From Methylotenera sp. (GTDB taxonomy: Bacteria > Pseudomonadota > Gammaproteobacteria > Burkholderiales > Methylophilaceae), in contig JACMNP010000070.1 in the NCBI GenBank assembly GCA_014378495.1, positions 1,297 to 65,296 on the forward strand: a DNA stretch of 64,000 nucleotides, read 5' to 3'. The number at the start of each line of letters is the position of its first letter. Position 1 is the stretch's first letter. Position numbers and translations under genes: made by a program. Below are positions 20,281 through 29,147 of this stretch, piece by piece. A model generated the notes under the pieces. That model was not told the DNA's origin. It did not search any database and saw only the letters and a program-made list of their open reading frames with translations.

Positions 20281-21354
20281 ATGTATAGATTGATGATGTT
20301 TCTGATTTTGTCTTTGATATGCTCATTGAGTATGGCAGACAATGTTGCAAAAGAGAGCGCTAGCAAAGATTTGGCTATTGCTAGAGATTATATTTTAGGT
20401 GCTGGGGACTTAGTAAGAATTAATGTTTATGGCAGCCCAGATATGCAAACCGAGGCAAGATTATCTGCAGCCGGCACAATTACTTTCCCGCTGATTGGGG
20501 AGGTGAAATTAGGGGGGAGCAGTCCTAAAACCTCTGAAAATAAAATTGCCCAATTGTTAGAGCAAGGTGGTTTTGTTAAAAAAGCACAAGTAAATCTAGT
20601 TGTTTTGCAGTATCAAAGCCAATTTGTTTCAGTGCTTGGGGATGTTTACAAACCTGGAAAATATTCGCTTGATAGGCCTAGTACACTTTCTGATTTATTA
20701 GCTTTAGCGGGCGGTATAACGCCAAACGGCTCAGATATGGTGACATTAATACGTACCGAATCTGGGAAAACGACTAGGCAAGATTTTGATTTAAGAAATT
20801 TAATTACAAAAGCTGATGCCGCAAGCAATCCTCAAGTTAGTGGTGACGACATCATTTATGTTAACGCACGCGAAGTTTCTGTCCTTGGTCAAGTAAATCG
20901 TCCTGGCAAGTATTCAGTGGTTAGCGGTGTTCGTACTGTGCTTGATTTTCTATCTCAAGCAGGTGGGGTATCTTCTAGTGGGGCTGACAAAATTGTAGTG
21001 ATCACTCAAAGAAACGGAAAAACTGAGAAACATGAGATTGACGTAGATCAACTTTATCGAAAAGGTGACACATCAGAAAATTTTGATATGACTGATGGAG
21101 ACTCAATTTATGTGCCTAGAATGCCTGTTTTTTATATTTACGGCGAAGTTCAGCGTCCAGGAGCATTCAGGTTAGAGCGAAATATGAATTTAGCACAAGC
21201 ACTTTCGACAGGTGGTGGCCTTTCTGCTAGAGGTACAGAACGCGGTATTAAAATCAAGCGGCAAGTGAATGGGGTGCTAGAAACTCTTAGAGCAAACGCT
21301 GGTGATTTATTGCAAGCGGATGATGTTGTGTTTGTTGGTGAGAGTTTGTATTAA
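20281..21354 (+). CDS. epsE: Polysaccharide export (OPX) protein EpsE with Poly_export and three SLBB-like domains
   Basis: DYILGAGDLVRINVY...GTITFPLIGEV, followed by repeats VSVLGDVYKPGKY, VSVLGQVNRPGKY and FYIYGEVQRPGAF. Confidence 0.9.
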   Translation: MYRLMMFLILSLICSLSMADNVAKESASKDLAIARDYILGAGDLVRINVYGSPDMQTEARLSAAGTITFPLIGEVKLGGSSPKTSENKIAQLLEQGGFVKKAQVNLVVLQYQSQFVSVLGDVYKPGKYSLDRPSTLSDLLALAGGITPNGSDMVTLIRTESGKTTRQDFDLRNLITKADAASNPQVSGDDIIYVNAREVSVLGQVNRPGKYSVVSGVRTVLDFLSQAGGVSSSGADKIVVITQRNGKTEKHEIDVDQLYRKGDTSENFDMTDGDSIYVPRMPVFYIYGEVQRPGAFRLERNMNLAQALSTGGGLSARGTERGIKIKRQVNGVLETLRANAGDLLQADDVVFVGESLY

Positions 21355-21383
21355 AAAATTAATATCCTAATCTATAGGCAAAA

Positions 21384-22829
21384 ATGAATTTTTCACAATT
21401 ATTATCAATATTAGTAGCACGTAAGGTGATACTTATCTGGGTATTTATGCTGACTGTAACTGTAACTACAGTAATCAGCTTTATATTACCAAAAACTTAC
21501 ACAGCAACTACCTCATTAGTCATTAACTCTAAAGGTGCTGATCCTGTCACAGGCTTCATGCTTCCGCCCACATTAATGCTTGGGTATATAGCGACACAAG
21601 TCGATATCATCCAAAGCCGCAATGTGGCCTTAAAAGTTGTAGATAGACTTGGCATTGTAAATAGTCCAATTGCTAAAGCCCAGTTTGAAAAAGCGACAAA
21701 AGGTGAAGGTAACATTAGTGATTGGTACGCAGACCAATTTTTACAGAATTTAGACGTAAAGCCCTCTCGTGAAAGCAGTGTGATTGAAATTAGTTATCAA
21801 GGAGCGGACCCTATGTTCGCGGCATCTCTTGCCAATGCCTTTGCTGAAGCTTACATCAATACAAATCTTCAGTTAAAAATTGAGCCTTCAAAACAAGCTG
21901 CAGTATGGTTTGATCAACAAATGAAAGGATTGCGTCAAAATGTTGAAGAATCACAAAGTAAGTTATCGATATATCAAAAAGAACATGGGATAGCTTCTTC
22001 TGATGAGCGTTTAGACATAGAAATGGGACGTTTAAATGAACTATCGAATCAATTAGTGATGGCGCAAGCACAAACTTACGATAGTAACTCTAGGCAAATT
22101 CAATTAAAACGTGGCGTAGAGTCTGAGTCCCCAGAAGTATTAGCTAACCCGCTCATTCAAGGTTTAAAGTCACAGTTAGCTCAGGCTGAGGCTAGATTAA
22201 CTGATCTATCCCAACATCTAGGAAGTAATCATCCGCAGTTTCAAGCTGCACAAAAAGAGGTCGAAGATTTACACCACTTAATCGGTACTGAATCTGCTAA
22301 AACGAGCAGTAGTGTAGGGCAAAATGCTCGAATTTCACAACAAAAAGAAGGTGAAATCAGGGCCGCACTAGTCGCACAAAAGGAGCATGTGCTTAAATTC
22401 AAGAGCCAACATGATGAAATGGCTGTATTGCTGCGTGAGGCTGAGAGTGCACAGCGTATTTATGACAATGCACTACAAAGATTCGGCCAGACTAATATGG
22501 AAAGTAGATCTGTTCAAACTGATGTATCAGTACTTAACCCTGCTGTGCCACCCATAAAGCACTCTAGTCCTAAAATATTGATCAATATCTTGTTGTCCAT
22601 TATGTTGGGAGCACTTTTAGCGGTTGGTTCTGCAGTTGTAACAGAAATGCTAGATAGGCGCGTTAGGTCTGCTGAAGATTTAATGCAGTTATTAGGTTTG
22701 CCAGTATTAGCTAACTTAAATAAAGGTTTTAAAAAATCAAGTGGTTTTTTTGCCAAAATGCGCGTAATTTTCACAATCAATAAGTCGAGTAAACCGACTG
22801 GTTCTAACTATCAATTTTTTACAAAGTAA
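21384..22829 (+). CDS. epsF: Chain-length determinant / polysaccharide co-polymerase EpsF
   Basis: Two TMs flanking a coiled coil; LPKTYTAT, TQVDIIQSRNVA, HPQF, AVPPIKHSSPK, EMLDRRVRS. Confidence 0.9.
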   Translation: MNFSQLLSILVARKVILIWVFMLTVTVTTVISFILPKTYTATTSLVINSKGADPVTGFMLPPTLMLGYIATQVDIIQSRNVALKVVDRLGIVNSPIAKAQFEKATKGEGNISDWYADQFLQNLDVKPSRESSVIEISYQGADPMFAASLANAFAEAYINTNLQLKIEPSKQAAVWFDQQMKGLRQNVEESQSKLSIYQKEHGIASSDERLDIEMGRLNELSNQLVMAQAQTYDSNSRQIQLKRGVESESPEVLANPLIQGLKSQLAQAEARLTDLSQHLGSNHPQFQAAQKEVEDLHHLIGTESAKTSSSVGQNARISQQKEGEIRAALVAQKEHVLKFKSQHDEMAVLLREAESAQRIYDNALQRFGQTNMESRSVQTDVSVLNPAVPPIKHSSPKILINILLSIMLGALLAVGSAVVTEMLDRRVRSAEDLMQLLGLPVLANLNKGFKKSSGFFAKMRVIFTINKSSKPTGSNYQFFTK

Positions 22830-22836
22830 GATATCA

Positions 22837-23715
22837 ATGGATTCTACAGATAATAACTATCAATCAAGCGCCCATGATATTAAAGATGATCATGTGCGGA
22901 TTGGCGATGCCTTAATCTCGCATGCCAAGCTCAAGCATGAAGATGTCGAGCGCATTATAGACTTGCAAAAAAGCAAAAACATTCTATTTGGTGATGCAGC
23001 AATAAAGCTTGGCCTAATCAAAGAGAGCGATCTCAATAAAGTATTATCGCAACAATTTGATTATTCTTACTCTGACGCAGAAAGCCATCAACTTAATGAA
23101 GTATTAATAGCAGCGCATACTCCTTTTAGTGAGGAAGTTGAAAAATTACGGAGTTTGAGAGGGCAACTTCTGATGCGTTGGTTTGACCAAGGCAATAAAA
23201 CATTGGCAGTAACGTCTGCTGGTGTTGAGGATGGGGCAAGTCAAGTAGCTGCTAATCTAGCTATTGTATTTTCACAACTGAATAAAAAAACATTATTGAT
23301 TGACGCTAATTTGCGTGAATCTGTACAACACAAACTATTTAATGTTGAAACAAAGCTGGGACTATCAAATATATTGGCAAATAAGCAAGGAAGCTATCAA
23401 TTAACGCGCCCACAATTTTTGCCAAATTTATCTATATTGACTGCAGGTACAAAAGTACCAAATCCACAAGAGTTGCTGAGTCGAATTGATTTTGCTGAAT
23501 TATTATCCGATTTGGAAATAAATTACGACATAATTTTGTTAGATACATCACCGCTTAACCTTGCTTCTGACGCATTAACGGTTGTCTCTAAAGCAAAGGC
23601 AGCCATTATAGTCGCACGTAAAGATTACACTTTAGCGACTGAAATACAACATCTCAACCAGCAGCTCAATTTGACTGGCGCCCAAATCATTGGCAGTATT
23701 TTGCAGGAGTTTTAA
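22837..23715 (+). CDS. epsG: Chain-length determinant tyrosine-kinase-like protein EpsG
   Basis: EKLRSLRGQL, AANLAIVFSQL, LLIDANLR, PNPQELL and IILLDT (BY-kinase/MinD fold). Confidence 0.88.
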   Translation: MDSTDNNYQSSAHDIKDDHVRIGDALISHAKLKHEDVERIIDLQKSKNILFGDAAIKLGLIKESDLNKVLSQQFDYSYSDAESHQLNEVLIAAHTPFSEEVEKLRSLRGQLLMRWFDQGNKTLAVTSAGVEDGASQVAANLAIVFSQLNKKTLLIDANLRESVQHKLFNVETKLGLSNILANKQGSYQLTRPQFLPNLSILTAGTKVPNPQELLSRIDFAELLSDLEINYDIILLDTSPLNLASDALTVVSKAKAAIIVARKDYTLATEIQHLNQQLNLTGAQIIGSILQEF

Positions 23716-24618
23716 GTGTCAATTCTTGCTAAAAATAATAAATTAAATTTGGATAATTCAAAGTTCCTGACGCATTTGATTAAATGGCTCCCAGTAATTA
23801 TTGGCTTAATAGTACTTTATCTCCCTACGGCTCAATTCCTTGCCAATAACTTATGGAATACAGAAGATCAAGCACACGGACCAATTATATTGTTGGTTGT
23901 ATTTTATTTGTTTTGGCAAAAGCGTGAGGTTTTTACCTTGCGAATTGAGCGCCACGAACCCATTTTGGGAAGTGTTCTATTGGTATTAGGTTTATTGATA
24001 TTTGCTGTAGGCCGTTCTCAAGAGATCCTATTTTTTGAAATTGGCTCACTTATACCACTACTAGCTGGTGTAACGTTAATTACCATAGGAAGGAAAGGCA
24101 TTAATAAACTATGGTTCGCTATATTTTTTACTTTATTTTTGATTCCGTTACCTAGTCCAGTGGTCGACTTATTGACCAATCCCCTTAAACAACATATTTC
24201 ACAGTTTGCGGAAAGTATTTTGTACCAATTAGGGTATCCGATTGCACGAAGTGGCGTAACGATTTCGATTGGCTCATATCAACTTTTAGTAGCCAATGCA
24301 TGCTCAGGTTTGCATTCCATGTTTTCACTATCTGCATTAGGTTTTTTGTATTTATATTTGATGCAGTATAAAAATAAACTGCGTAATTTAAGTGTAATTT
24401 TGAGTATTTTACCAATTGCTTTCTTAGCTAATTTAATCCGTGTAATCACTTTGATATTAGTCACTTACTACTTTGGTGATGAAGTTGGGCAGGGGTTTAT
24501 ACATAAGTTTGCTGGAATGTTTTTATTTGTAATTTCATTAGTTTTCTTATTTTTGTTTGATAGTACTTTAGGCAAGTTTTCTGTGTTTCGAGACAAAAAA
24601 GAGATCCATTATTTATGA
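23716..24618 (+). CDS. xrtB: Exosortase B (EpsH)
   Basis: Multi-TM protein with HGPII and the catalytic Cys (VANACSGL), Arg (NLIRV) and His (FIHKFAG); followed by epsI. Confidence 0.93.
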   Translation: MSILAKNNKLNLDNSKFLTHLIKWLPVIIGLIVLYLPTAQFLANNLWNTEDQAHGPIILLVVFYLFWQKREVFTLRIERHEPILGSVLLVLGLLIFAVGRSQEILFFEIGSLIPLLAGVTLITIGRKGINKLWFAIFFTLFLIPLPSPVVDLLTNPLKQHISQFAESILYQLGYPIARSGVTISIGSYQLLVANACSGLHSMFSLSALGFLYLYLMQYKNKLRNLSVILSILPIAFLANLIRVITLILVTYYFGDEVGQGFIHKFAGMFLFVISLVFLFLFDSTLGKFSVFRDKKEIHYL

Positions 24619-25313
24619 AAACATTCGTTTCTGTACAGCACGTATTAATTGGTCTCGCAATGTTATTAGCCGCAGGCTTAGCTGTAGCGATGAAACCGAC
24701 CATTATTTATGCTGATAAATATGAAAAACTTGATTTAGATGTATTGATTCCCAAACAATTTAACGATTGGCATCTGGAAGAAATGACTTCGCATTTAGTC
24801 AACCCAGAAGAACAAGCCGCCGTAAATAAAATTTACTCACAAACACTTGCTCGTAGTTACATAAATAACAAAGGTGAGAGGGTTATGTTATCAATCGCTT
24901 ACGGTAAAAACCAAACTGATAGTGTTGGAGTGCATCTACCCGAGGGCTGTTATGGCGGTCAAGGATTCACAATTCAGGATAGTTTGCACGGTGTCCTAAA
25001 AACTAGATTCGGTAATATACCCGCTACCAGGCTAGTTGCTGCTAAAGGCGAGCGTATTGAGCCTATCACCTATTGGTTAACTGTAGGTAATAAGGTTGTA
25101 TATGGCGGCTGGGATATGAAAAAAGCTAGATTACATTATGCATTAAGAGGCATCGTACCAGATGGGTTGTTGATGCGCGTGTCCTCTATTAGTCCTAATA
25201 TTAATGATGCTTATACTTTACAGAGTAGATTTGCAGAAAACTTGTTGGAGACGTTATCGCCTGCTCAGCGAATTCGCTTAATGGGTTACGACAATAAAGA
25301 TTTGCTTAATTGA
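24615..25313 (+). CDS. epsI: Exosortase-associated protein EpsI
   Basis: IPKQFNDW, IYSQTLARSY, MLSIAYG, HLPEGCY, EPITYW and PDGLLMRVS motifs; directly after the exosortase. Confidence 0.9.
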   Translation: MKTFVSVQHVLIGLAMLLAAGLAVAMKPTIIYADKYEKLDLDVLIPKQFNDWHLEEMTSHLVNPEEQAAVNKIYSQTLARSYINNKGERVMLSIAYGKNQTDSVGVHLPEGCYGGQGFTIQDSLHGVLKTRFGNIPATRLVAAKGERIEPITYWLTVGNKVVYGGWDMKKARLHYALRGIVPDGLLMRVSSISPNINDAYTLQSRFAENLLETLSPAQRIRLMGYDNKDLLN

Positions 25314-25335
25314 TTTCTGTTTCAACTAACTGTTC

Positions 25336-27975
25336 ATGACTAAGTCACCATATTCCAAAGAAAGTGTCCGTCAAGGAATACTCCATTACTTGCTCGGTCG
25401 GGGTCTAGCCGGGTTAGCAGGCTTTGCTACTGTAATTCTGCTAGTAAGGTATATGGATGTACAAAGTTATGCAGGATTTACTGCACTTACTGGATTAATT
25501 GCATTGTCAGGGGTTTGTGCAGGTTTAGGGCTAGACCGTGCAATTTCTCGTTATATACCAGAAGCTAAGCTTGAGCGAAGTTTAAAGGAACTAGGTAATT
25601 TTATTTGGTGTATTACGTCAATAAGGCTTGTAGCCTCACTAATTGTTTGTGCCATTTTTTTTGTATTATGGGAACCACTTTTACAAATATTTCCTGATGT
25701 GCATTTAACACATTTTCCAATTTCGTTAATCTGGTTTGTTGTTGCAGAAACGTTGTTCCAACACTTCTCTTCCGTATTGCAAGCACTGATTAAACAGAAG
25801 GCACTTACACGTATTTTAATTGTGCAATGGGCAGGGCGCTTGTTAATGATTGCGTGGATAGTCAACAGCTATAAGCAGATTAATTTGGAAGATTCAATTT
25901 GGATTATGGCAATACCTGAAATAGCCGGAGTATTCGTTTTTTTCATAGTAATATTAAATGAAACTAATACTAAAAAAAACTCAGCACAAATAAAAATACA
26001 TTCAAAAATTAGTGCTGAAAATAGCTGGCCTAATTGGAACGAAATAATCAAAATGGCGGGCCATAATTATGGCTTTACATTACTGGCTGCTCCCCCTCAA
26101 GGTTATTTTATGAAAATGTTGGCGGCTGTATTCCTGCCAACGCAGATGGTTGCGGCCTATGGGTTCTTCATTAGTATTGCTGAAAGAGTCAGGCAATATA
26201 TCCCATTACATTTACTCTACAACCTGATTGAACCCGTGATGATTGGCAATTATTTGCAAAACCGTGACTTTGCCGCACTCAATAAACGCTGTCAGTTACT
26301 TTATAAATCTAACCTGATTTTACTGATTCCAGTATTGGCATGGGTAGGGGCTGCGGGTATATTTATTATTACTACTTTAACGGGTGGAAAATACCAAGAG
26401 TATTTATGGTTATTAATGGTTGTTATGTTGCAACTTACTGTCGGAAGCCATGTAGTCCTGTTGCAGCTTATATTAAATTCAGTTGGTAAGAGTGCTTTGT
26501 TAATGCGGGCGGGCGTGATTGCTTTAATCGGTATGGCATTATTCTTGGCACTGGCTATGCTGTTTAATGTGCAGTTTTTAGTCGTTGGACCGTTAGTGTT
26601 TTCAATTATATGTAATGCAAATATCATCCATACATTGAAAAATCAAGGCTACCCTTACAAGCTTTCCTGGCAATTGTTTTGGGGTACAGGTATTTCTGGC
26701 GTCATCGCATTTTTAGTAGGTGGCATTGCGGTAAAACAAAACCTTCTCATAAATCAACCAATAATTATTTCCATTATCAGTGGAGCGGTGGTTGCTGTAG
26801 TTTATATGGCATGTCTATATTTTTTCAAAGCTATCCATCTTGATGAAATAAGTTTGGTTAAATCAATAATTAATAAAAAAAGCGCCAATGAATTAAATAA
26901 CATTGAGCAACTAGAGTCTTCAAATATCGATAAAACAGAGCCAAACGTAGTTCTATATTTACAAGATGCAGCACGTCAAGTCTTGGATACAATCATTCCA
27001 AATGATGCTCATATTATCTTGCTTGATTACCCTAACAATACAAATGTTGGCGATAGTCTTATCTGGTTAGGTGAAATCGCATATTTACGAAGTCGTGGAT
27101 TCACACCGAGTTATATTTGTGATGTTAAAAATTATAGTGCTACTCAAATTAAAAAAATACTGAATAAAAACAGCATCATATTGATGCATGGTGGTGGTAA
27201 TTTCGGCACTATGTGGTCAGAAATTCATAATTTTAGATTAAAAGTATTACGAGACTTTCCACAAGTACCAATTATACAATTACCACAAAGCATTCATTTT
27301 AATGACCCAGCAAAAATTACTGAAATAGCTGAAGCGATAAAAATGCAAGGTAACTACACGTTACTTGCGCGGAGCCGACCAAGCTACTTATTTGCTCAAA
27401 AACATTTCGAGACAAAAATTCATTTGTGCCCTGATATGGCGTTTTTTATTGGATCTATTAACTCGCAACATAAACCGATATTTGATCGATTTATTTTAGC
27501 TCGCACAGATCATGAAAAATCTAGCGACATTCTTGTTGAGTCCATTGAAAATTTACAAGATACAACTTTTGAGATTACTGATTGGCTTCTTGCTTCTTGG
27601 CAAGAACGTTTACTACATAGAATAGAAATTCATACATATAAACTTAGAAAAATCTTAGATCCCAATAATAAACTCTTACTAATTCTGTGGGGACAGTTAT
27701 CTGACCTAAGATTTAAACGGGGCGTATATTTATTATCAAAAGGGCGTGTAGTTATCACGGATCGTTTACATGCACATGTTTTAAGTGTACTGCTGAATAA
27801 ACCACATGTTGTGATCGATAATATCTACGGAAAAATAGGTAATTTTTATAAAACCTGGACATTTAGTCATGAACGCGCAAAGTTTGTAACTGATGTAGCT
27901 AAGCTTCACGCAACTGCTGAAGAGTTTGATATTTCTTTGAGTTTAAAACAACATAATGGTGTAACTACTTCATGA
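25336..27975 (+). CDS. Fusion of a Wzx-like polysaccharide flippase (N-terminal, about 510 aa) and a polysaccharide pyruvyltransferase (C-terminal)
   Basis: Multi-TM N-half (GLDRAISRYIPE). C-half has DYPNNTNVGDSLIW, HGGGNFG, IQLPQSIHF, CPDMAF and ITDRLHAH...DNIYGKI. One continuous ORF. Confidence 0.85.
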   Translation: MTKSPYSKESVRQGILHYLLGRGLAGLAGFATVILLVRYMDVQSYAGFTALTGLIALSGVCAGLGLDRAISRYIPEAKLERSLKELGNFIWCITSIRLVASLIVCAIFFVLWEPLLQIFPDVHLTHFPISLIWFVVAETLFQHFSSVLQALIKQKALTRILIVQWAGRLLMIAWIVNSYKQINLEDSIWIMAIPEIAGVFVFFIVILNETNTKKNSAQIKIHSKISAENSWPNWNEIIKMAGHNYGFTLLAAPPQGYFMKMLAAVFLPTQMVAAYGFFISIAERVRQYIPLHLLYNLIEPVMIGNYLQNRDFAALNKRCQLLYKSNLILLIPVLAWVGAAGIFIITTLTGGKYQEYLWLLMVVMLQLTVGSHVVLLQLILNSVGKSALLMRAGVIALIGMALFLALAMLFNVQFLVVGPLVFSIICNANIIHTLKNQGYPYKLSWQLFWGTGISGVIAFLVGGIAVKQNLLINQPIIISIISGAVVAVVYMACLYFFKAIHLDEISLVKSIINKKSANELNNIEQLESSNIDKTEPNVVLYLQDAARQVLDTIIPNDAHIILLDYPNNTNVGDSLIWLGEIAYLRSRGFTPSYICDVKNYSATQIKKILNKNSIILMHGGGNFGTMWSEIHNFRLKVLRDFPQVPIIQLPQSIHFNDPAKITEIAEAIKMQGNYTLLARSRPSYLFAQKHFETKIHLCPDMAFFIGSINSQHKPIFDRFILARTDHEKSSDILVESIENLQDTTFEITDWLLASWQERLLHRIEIHTYKLRKILDPNNKLLLILWGQLSDLRFKRGVYLLSKGRVVITDRLHAHVLSVLLNKPHVVIDNIYGKIGNFYKTWTFSHERAKFVTDVAKLHATAEEFDISLSLKQHNGVTTS

Positions 27976-29147
27976 AAGATGAAGTGCAAAAAAAATGCAT
28001 TGCAGTGACTTGTTTTGATCAAAATCAGCCAGGGTTTCTAGATTTTTCTTATAGAATTCAATCGCTTGCCAAGCAATATCAGTTAACTGTTCTTAGTCAA
28101 TCTGAAATAACACAAGCAGAATTGTTGTTTGACCAAATAGCATACAAAGCTTTTCCATCTGGTGGCGGTAAACTGGGCTGGATAAGCTATTTAATTAAAT
28201 GCGCTCAGTTTATTAGAAGTGGCCAATTCGATATTGTAGTTCTCTTACACTCAGCCACAGCGCCAATTACATTGTTAATTAGGTCAATTCCTGTTTGTTT
28301 GTATTGGAATGAACATCCAACCAATCTTATACATATGCCAACTAAGTTTGCACCTATAAGACGATTAATTACCTCTGCATTGCATCAGTTAATTTTTTTC
28401 AGCGCAAGCAAAGCAAATTTACTTATGCCGATTGGGGAAGAGCATCAAGATGAATTGTATCAGCATCAAATTGACCCTAATAAAATAAAAATGATTTACA
28501 TGGGTGTCTCTGATGATTTTTTATTAAAAGATTGTGTAAAAAAAGTTGAATTGAACGAGGCTGTTCAATTAGTGTATGTTGGAACTGTCAGCAAGGTTCG
28601 CGGGCGTGATGTCATGCTTGATGCAATGGCTATTTTGGTAAAAGAAAATATTCATGTACACCTAACTATTATAGGGGCCAGTGAGGAGGAGCTTGTTTAT
28701 TGTAAGCAACGCAAACATGAATTAGAAATTGAAGGCTACGTTAGCGTGTTTGGCCGTTTACCTGGCAGCCAAATTCCAAGTTTTCTTGTTAAAGCAGACT
28801 TAGGTATTTGTCTATGGGAGCCAAATCCATGGAATGAATTTAACCCACCTACAAAACTTTTTGAGTATTTAGTGGCAGGCGTACCTGTTTTAGCCAGCAA
28901 TATTAGAACGCACAGTCGATATATTAAAGATTGGCATAACGGCCTTATATTTGATTATGACGAGACTTCGCTTGCGAATGCTATTACTGAATTGTGCAGA
29001 CATAAAGATAGAATTCAAACACTAAAGGACAATGCTGTTCAATCAGCTGAACGTTATTTATGGAGCGGGATTGAGCCAATCTTTTTAGCATCCGTAGCCA
29101 GTATAGAAAGAACACAACAAATAAATTACTCGGTAGCAGGTATATGA
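27972..29147 (+). CDS. Glycosyltransferase family 4 (GT-B)
   Basis: VYVGTVSKVRG, PTKLFEYLVAGVPVLAS. Confidence 0.88.
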   Translation: MKDEVQKKCIAVTCFDQNQPGFLDFSYRIQSLAKQYQLTVLSQSEITQAELLFDQIAYKAFPSGGGKLGWISYLIKCAQFIRSGQFDIVVLLHSATAPITLLIRSIPVCLYWNEHPTNLIHMPTKFAPIRRLITSALHQLIFFSASKANLLMPIGEEHQDELYQHQIDPNKIKMIYMGVSDDFLLKDCVKKVELNEAVQLVYVGTVSKVRGRDVMLDAMAILVKENIHVHLTIIGASEEELVYCKQRKHELEIEGYVSVFGRLPGSQIPSFLVKADLGICLWEPNPWNEFNPPTKLFEYLVAGVPVLASNIRTHSRYIKDWHNGLIFDYDETSLANAITELCRHKDRIQTLKDNAVQSAERYLWSGIEPIFLASVASIERTQQINYSVAGI

